Assembly: GCA_963840035.1 (NCBI GenBank)
Contig: CAWIXE010000002.1
Location: 416,001 to 480,000 of the forward strand
DNA from: a candidate division FCPU426 bacterium
Lineage (GTDB): Bacteria; Oederibacteriota; PGYV01; Palsa-1178
DNA length: 64,000 nucleotides
Direction of reading: 5' to 3'
Position numbers and translations under genes: made by a program. Under the pieces are notes generated by a model. The model was not told where the DNA came from, made no database searches, and saw nothing but the letters and a program-made list of their open reading frames with translations. Positions 58,867 through 64,000 of this stretch are shown here, in pieces (the stretch's first letter is position 1; every line of letters starts with the position of its first letter).

Positions 58867-59106
58867 ATGACACTGGGAGTTATTATCGGAATACTGCTTT
58901 TGATACTGCTTGTGGGTCTCGTTGTGCTTCAGGGCCTTATTGAATGGGGCGGATTTGATACTGATAAGTTATTTAAGTTCGCGGGAAAAGCAAAAGACAA
59001 GCCCGCTGATAAACAGGAATTAAAAGATGTTTCAAAGCCTATAATTAAGAAGGCGGCGAAGAAATCCTCTAAAAAACCAGCCAAGAAAAAGAAAGGGGCA
59101 AAATAA
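58867..59106 (+). CDS. Small single-TM protein with Lys-rich tail
   Basis: AGGAGG RBS, N-terminal TM, stop abuts the mreB start. Confidence 0.7.
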   Translation: MTLGVIIGILLLILLVGLVVLQGLIEWGGFDTDKLFKFAGKAKDKPADKQELKDVSKPIIKKAAKKSSKKPAKKKKGAK

Positions 59107-60150
59107 ATGATATTTGATTTTATCCTCGGCATGTTCAGCAATGACATGGCGATTGACTTGGGGACCGCGACGACCCTCGTGTATCTCAAAAATAAAGGCA
59201 TCGTGTTAAAAGAACCTTCCATAGTCGCGCTCTATAAAAACAGGGAAGTAATAGCTGTCGGCGAAGCGGCAAAGCAGATGGTAGGAAAGACTCCGGGCGA
59301 TGTATTCGCAATCAGGCCCATGAAGGACGGCGTTATCGCCGATTTTAATGTAACTGAAAAAATGCTCCGTTATTTCATAGTTAAAGTGCATAACAGGCAC
59401 TCGATGGTAAACCCGAGGATAGCCATATCAGTACCCAAGGGCGTAACACCCGTTGAGAAAAGGGCCGTGAAAGAGTCGGCCATACAGGCGGGCGCAAGGG
59501 AAGTGTATCTTATAGACGAACCAATGGCGGCGGCAATCGGCGCCGGACTTCCGGTGGAAGACCCGGTCGGGCACATGGTTGTTGACATCGGCGGAGGAAC
59601 GACGGAAGTCGCCGTTATTTCCATGGGCGGCCTTGTTGTATTTAATTCAATCAGGACGGCAGGCGATAAGTTTGACGAAGCCATCATGGCTTACCTGAAA
59701 AAAGCATATAACCTTCATATCGGCGAGAGGACGGCTGAAAGGGTTAAAATTGAGATAGGGTGCGCGCAGAAACTGGATGACACCCTGGAGATGGACGTAA
59801 AGGGAAGCGACCTTACAACCGGACTTCCGAGGACCATACGCGTTACTTCAGACGAGATGGCCATCGCGCTTGAGGAACCTATCACCAAGATTATTGACGG
59901 CATAAAGTACACCCTGGAGCAGACCAAACCCGAACTTGCCGCGGATATCATAGACAAAGGCATAGTTTTAACGGGCGGCGGTTCGCAGCTTAAGGCTTTT
60001 GACGAGAAGCTGCGCGATGAGACGGGCGTGCCGGTGCATCTTGCGGATAACCCTCAGGACTGCGTCGTAACGGGCGCGGGCAAGATGCTCGAAGAGCAGC
60101 TTGACGTTTTAAGAAGGCTTTCGTTTGAGGGCGAGGACAGTTACGTCTAA
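59107..60150 (+). CDS. mreB: Rod shape-determining protein MreB
   Basis: [40 protein letters not shown]. Confidence 0.97.
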   Translation: MIFDFILGMFSNDMAIDLGTATTLVYLKNKGIVLKEPSIVALYKNREVIAVGEAAKQMVGKTPGDVFAIRPMKDGVIADFNVTEKMLRYFIVKVHNRHSMVNPRIAISVPKGVTPVEKRAVKESAIQAGAREVYLIDEPMAAAIGAGLPVEDPVGHMVVDIGGGTTEVAVISMGGLVVFNSIRTAGDKFDEAIMAYLKKAYNLHIGERTAERVKIEIGCAQKLDDTLEMDVKGSDLTTGLPRTIRVTSDEMAIALEEPITKIIDGIKYTLEQTKPELAADIIDKGIVLTGGGSQLKAFDEKLRDETGVPVHLADNPQDCVVTGAGKMLEEQLDVLRRLSFEGEDSYV

Positions 60151-60156
60151 AATTAA

Positions 60157-60951
60157 ATGAAAAAAAGAAAAGCAAACAATAAAAATCTATACACAGCGGC
60201 GGCCATCATAATCACACTGGCCGCCGTTTTGCTTATAAGCAAGTCCGGCGGGTTCCTGCCCGGCCTTTTTTCCTCAATTCAAAAAAGCGTGGCCTCCTAC
60301 GCCTTCTATGTCAATGACACGTTCCGTTCCATCAAATACGTTACATCGGCGAAAAAAGGCATCCAGATCCTCAGCGAAAAGAATATGCTGCTTGAAAGCG
60401 AGAACCATACGCTCAAAGCGGAGAATGAAAAGATAAAAAGGGCGTCCGTATTAAAATCCATGAGGGACTTCAGGAGTTCGGTGGTATGTTTTGCCTCCGT
60501 AATAGGGGCAAATGACGACGGCATGCTCGCGTATTACACCATAGACCGCGGATCCGCGGACGGCGCGGGTGAAGGCGACGGGGTCATAACGCAGGCCGGT
60601 GTTGTGGGACGCCTTGTAAAGGTGAACAGCGACACTTCCATGGTGCAGCTCATCACAGACTCAAAATCGAGCGTGAGCGCCAGGGGTGAAAGAAGCAGGG
60701 TTGTGGGAATACTTTCCGGCGAGTCATATAACAGGTGCGCGCTTAATTATGTGCCGAAGGAAGAGGATATAAAGGAAGGCGATGTTATCATCACCTCAGG
60801 GCTGGGCAAATCATTCCCTGAAGGGATAAAAATAGGGCAGGTAACTGAAGCCACAAAGAAAACTGACGGCCTGTCAATGATCATAAAAGTAAAGCCCTTC
60901 GTGAACATGATGTCGGTTGAAGAAGTAATAGTTGTGAAAAAAAAGCAGTGA
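60157..60951 (+). CDS. mreC: MreC
   Basis: TM plus coiled coil, IDRGS.DG, GVVGR, TSGLG..FP.GI.IG. Confidence 0.92.
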   Translation: MKKRKANNKNLYTAAAIIITLAAVLLISKSGGFLPGLFSSIQKSVASYAFYVNDTFRSIKYVTSAKKGIQILSEKNMLLESENHTLKAENEKIKRASVLKSMRDFRSSVVCFASVIGANDDGMLAYYTIDRGSADGAGEGDGVITQAGVVGRLVKVNSDTSMVQLITDSKSSVSARGERSRVVGILSGESYNRCALNYVPKEEDIKEGDVIITSGLGKSFPEGIKIGQVTEATKKTDGLSMIIKVKPFVNMMSVEEVIVVKKKQ

Positions 60952-61048
60952 TTGTATAAGGGCCGGTAAAACGGCCTTCATGATAGCCCGCTTTGGCGGG
61001 CATAAAGTTCAGGCGAAGAGGTGAAAGCTTATCAGAAAGTCCATATTA

Positions 61049-61549
61049 ATGTGGCTTATGCTGATCCCGGTAATTTTAATAGACAACACGGCATACGCCA
61101 TAAACAGGCAATTTCATTACGCGGATTTCGCGCTTATCGTTTCCGTCATACTGGTGTTAAACGGCAGGCTTATATCCGCGGCCGTATTTACCACACTCGC
61201 GGCAGTGATGCATGACGCGTTTCTTCTTCCGTTTTCCGGATATACTGTTTTTTCCGGCATGATGGCGTTAATAACCGCGCTGGCGCTCTCGGTGAGCCTT
61301 TATAGGGAAAATTACTCCACCCGCGTGGTCATCATCGCGGTATGTTGCGCCGTAAAGACACTGGCACAGGGCGCCGCGGTTTTCCTCTTTTATACATCCA
61401 TGAAAAGTTTTATTTTCCCGCCGCTGATAATTTTCCTGAAAATATTCATGACGACACTCGCCGGCGCGGTTGTGCTCAAACTCATGTCACTAGACTACAA
61501 AGGGATAGGCCAATGGCTAAAGCTAAAGACGACATCTTCGAGAGGATAA
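61049..61549 (+). CDS. mreD: MreD-like membrane protein
   Basis: Hydrophobic 166-aa ORF between mreC and mrdA; call rests mainly on synteny. Confidence 0.65.
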   Translation: MWLMLIPVILIDNTAYAINRQFHYADFALIVSVILVLNGRLISAAVFTTLAAVMHDAFLLPFSGYTVFSGMMALITALALSVSLYRENYSTRVVIIAVCCAVKTLAQGAAVFLFYTSMKSFIFPPLIIFLKIFMTTLAGAVVLKLMSLDYKGIGQWLKLKTTSSRG

Positions 61550-63330
61550 AAGGCGTATATAAGAACCTGGTCCGCATTAACACCATGGGCTGGGTTGTTT
61601 CTGTATGCATGCTGCTGCTCCTGCTGCGGACTTTTTATCTGCAGGCGGTAAGGGGCGACTACTATAAAAAACAGGCTGAGGAAAACTGCATAACCATTAA
61701 AAAGATTCCGGCTTCGCGCGGGTATATTTATGACAGGAATTATGTCCAGCTGGTGGTAAACAAACCGTCAAACTCGGCGATAGTCATACCGTATTATTTC
61801 GGGGAGAATCCCGACAGGCAAAAGGCGCTCTCGGACCTGGCGGCTATCCTGTCCATGGAAACCGCCGAGATTGAGGAGAAGATAACCACACAGTCAGGCG
61901 ACAGGGAATTCATGCTGATGCCTGTCACCGTAAAGAGGAATATTTCCGAGAGCGAAATGTCGCAGCTTAAGGAAGCAAGGATAAAAATAAGCGGTATAGA
62001 TACGGCGCAGGAGCCAAAAAGGTTTTATGAATTTAAGAATACGGCGTCACATGTACTCGGGTATACCGGGGAAATAACCGCGGAGCAGCTGAAGTACGAC
62101 AGGTACAGGGACAAACGGCAGCGCGGGGATGTCATAGGCCAGACAGGCCTTGAGAATTATTATGACGACACGCTGCGCGGTGAGGACGGCGCCATCTACA
62201 TAGTAACTGACGCCCACGGCAGGCAGCTTAAGGAAAAAAAGAGGGTCGAACCAAAACAGGGAAAAAATATTGTCCTTACCCTGGATTACAGGCTCCAGAA
62301 ATACGCGGAGAACCTCCTGGAAGGGTCAAAATTTACCGGCGTTATCATAGCGGCGGAGCCAAAAACCGGCGAGATACTTTGCATGGCGTCAAAGCCCGAT
62401 TATAACCTTAATTATTTCAGCGGTTCGATAAACGCCACCGAATGGAAAAAACTTCTGCGTAACAAGTCAAATCCGCTCAATAACAGGGCAATTCAGGGGC
62501 AGTATTCACCGGGGTCCATCTTTAAAGTGGCGGTGGGCACAGGCGCGCTCAATGAAAATGTTGTGACAACCACGGATTCATTCCTTTGCGAGGGTATTTA
62601 CTGGATAAAAACATGGCCATATAAATGCTGGAAACGCGCGGGCCATGGTTACATGGACTTTTATCACGGAGTCGCGGAATCGTGCGATATATATTTCTAT
62701 AAGGTCGGCCTGAAGATGAAGGTGGAGCTTCTGAATAAATACGGGCTCATGTTCGGATACGGCGAAAAAACAGGCATAGACATTCCCGGGGAAAAGGCCG
62801 GATTGGTGCCTTCAAGGGAGTGGAAATTGCGTACCGACAGGTCGCCGTGGTTTCCGGGAAACACGGTCATGATGTCGATCGGCCAGGGTTATGTATCAGG
62901 CACACCGCTTCAGATAATGGATAACCTTGCGATAATGGCAAACGGCGGATACTGCATGGTTCCGCACCTTATGAAGGTGGTGACCAATGATACACGCAGG
63001 ATACTGGAATCATACCAGCCAAAGAAGCTTCTCGAACTGAATGTGAAGCCGGAAGTCATAGAGATTATGAGGTCCGCGCTAAGGATGGTTGTCAGCAGGG
63101 GAACCGGATCAAAGTCAAGGGTTCAGGGTATGTCGATTTCCGGCAAGACCGCCACGGTGCAGAACGTTCACGGAGAGAACCACGCAATGTTCGCCGGGTA
63201 CGCCCCTTCCGGGAATCCTGAGATTGTCGTATACGTGCTTGTTGAGTTCGGCGGAGGCGGCGGAGACGCGGCAGCGCCGATAGCTTCACAGATATTTGAT
63301 TTCTATTTTAATACCATGAGGGGAAAATGA
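61513..63330 (+). CDS. mrdA: Penicillin-binding protein 2
   Basis: ASRG.IYDRN, PGSIFK (SxxK), SCD (SxD/N), KTA (KTG-like). Confidence 0.92.
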   Translation: MAKAKDDIFERIKGVYKNLVRINTMGWVVSVCMLLLLLRTFYLQAVRGDYYKKQAEENCITIKKIPASRGYIYDRNYVQLVVNKPSNSAIVIPYYFGENPDRQKALSDLAAILSMETAEIEEKITTQSGDREFMLMPVTVKRNISESEMSQLKEARIKISGIDTAQEPKRFYEFKNTASHVLGYTGEITAEQLKYDRYRDKRQRGDVIGQTGLENYYDDTLRGEDGAIYIVTDAHGRQLKEKKRVEPKQGKNIVLTLDYRLQKYAENLLEGSKFTGVIIAAEPKTGEILCMASKPDYNLNYFSGSINATEWKKLLRNKSNPLNNRAIQGQYSPGSIFKVAVGTGALNENVVTTTDSFLCEGIYWIKTWPYKCWKRAGHGYMDFYHGVAESCDIYFYKVGLKMKVELLNKYGLMFGYGEKTGIDIPGEKAGLVPSREWKLRTDRSPWFPGNTVMMSIGQGYVSGTPLQIMDNLAIMANGGYCMVPHLMKVVTNDTRRILESYQPKKLLELNVKPEVIEIMRSALRMVVSRGTGSKSRVQGMSISGKTATVQNVHGENHAMFAGYAPSGNPEIVVYVLVEFGGGGGDAAAPIASQIFDFYFNTMRGK

Positions 63331-64000
63331 AGATAAAGATACCGTTCGCGGATATTTTAAAAGGCTATTATAAGAACTTCAACATACCGCTGCTCATAAC
63401 GACGCTTCTGCTTATGGTTGTGGGGGCGGCGGCGGTTTACAGCGCCACAGGCACGTCAGGGAACCCGTTTTTTGCCAAGCAGATTGTGTGGTATGTGGTG
63501 GGTTTTGCCCTGATGATGTTGATTGCCAACATGAATTATAACGGCTTCATCGGTTTGGCCAATCACCTTTACATATTTTTTGTATTTCTGCTGCTCGTGG
63601 TGCTGATATTCGGGCACGCCACGCTCGGGGCCACGCGCTGGCTTAAGATATTTGGCTTTCAGTTCCAGCCAAGCGAATTCATGAAGATAATTATTCCGCT
63701 GGTGCTTATAAGGTTCATGCTGGTTACGCAAAGAGAAAGTTTCGAGGCGAAAAACCTGCTGAAAATGGCAGCCCTTGTGGGAATTCCGCTGATACTTATT
63801 TTAAAACAGCCGGACCTTGGGACATCGCTTATAATAATACCTCTTATAATCATCATACTTTTTATGGGTAACATTCCGGCAAAAAAGCTCATGACAATTG
63901 TGTTTCTGGGATTGCTTGCTGTGCCTGTGGCATATCTTTTCCTTCATGATTATCAGCGCGAGAGGATAGACGTATTCATCAATCCCATGATAGACCCTCA
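63327..64000 (+). CDS. rodA: RodA (3'-truncated by window edge; absent from the ORF track)
   Basis: ATGA overlap with mrdA; GATRWL....FQPSEFMK and LKQPDLGT SEDS motifs. Confidence 0.92.
   Translation, partial: MKIKIPFADILKGYYKNFNIPLLITTLLLMVVGAAAVYSATGTSGNPFFAKQIVWYVVGFALMMLIANMNYNGFIGLANHLYIFFVFLLLVVLIFGHATLGATRWLKIFGFQFQPSEFMKIIIPLVLIRFMLVTQRESFEAKNLLKMAALVGIPLILILKQPDLGTSLIIIPLIIIILFMGNIPAKKLMTIVFLGLLAVPVAYLFLHDYQRERIDVFINPMIDP

Overview
A mostly housekeeping chromosomal segment from a moderately AT-rich diderm bacterium (it encodes a TonB-dependent receptor); the lineage cannot be fixed from this window. All credible protein genes are on the + strand and one tRNA-Val(GAC) is on the - strand. 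Gene content in order: tsaB (partial), yggS-proC-yggT-yggU-PNP-mtnA-thioesterase, an unannotated bS22-like 29-aa ORF, yebC, radical SAM, MFS, GH2, CCA-family enzyme, rplM-rpsI, a GH3-GH5 fusion, tmk-holB-ricT-metG-tatD, trpDCFB-(orphan)-trpA, GAF-GAF-HD-GYP, accD-(orphan)-folC, cysE, ligA, GH57, purD-purE, a frameshifted tsaC, ferredoxin, a cobalamin-riboswitch B12 uptake/salvage operon, and mreBCD-mrdA-rodA (partial). I found no CRISPR array, rRNA or transposase. The unusual signal is in the non-coding DNA. (1) About 30 gene junctions carry arrays of roughly four degenerate tandem units, mostly 7-mers from at least 8 unrelated sequence families, often as two inverted arms spanning from a stop codon to the next RBS. 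(2) About 34 GTAG-type REP hairpins of about 8 stem types occur, including a 6x112-bp tandem array and one REP embedded in frame in folC. (3) A 241-bp MITE-like element has IS256-like ends and a near-perfect 9-bp flanking duplication. (4) The tRNA has C33 and is clamped by an 11-bp leader/trailer duplex. Protein calls come from motif recognition only; no searches were run.
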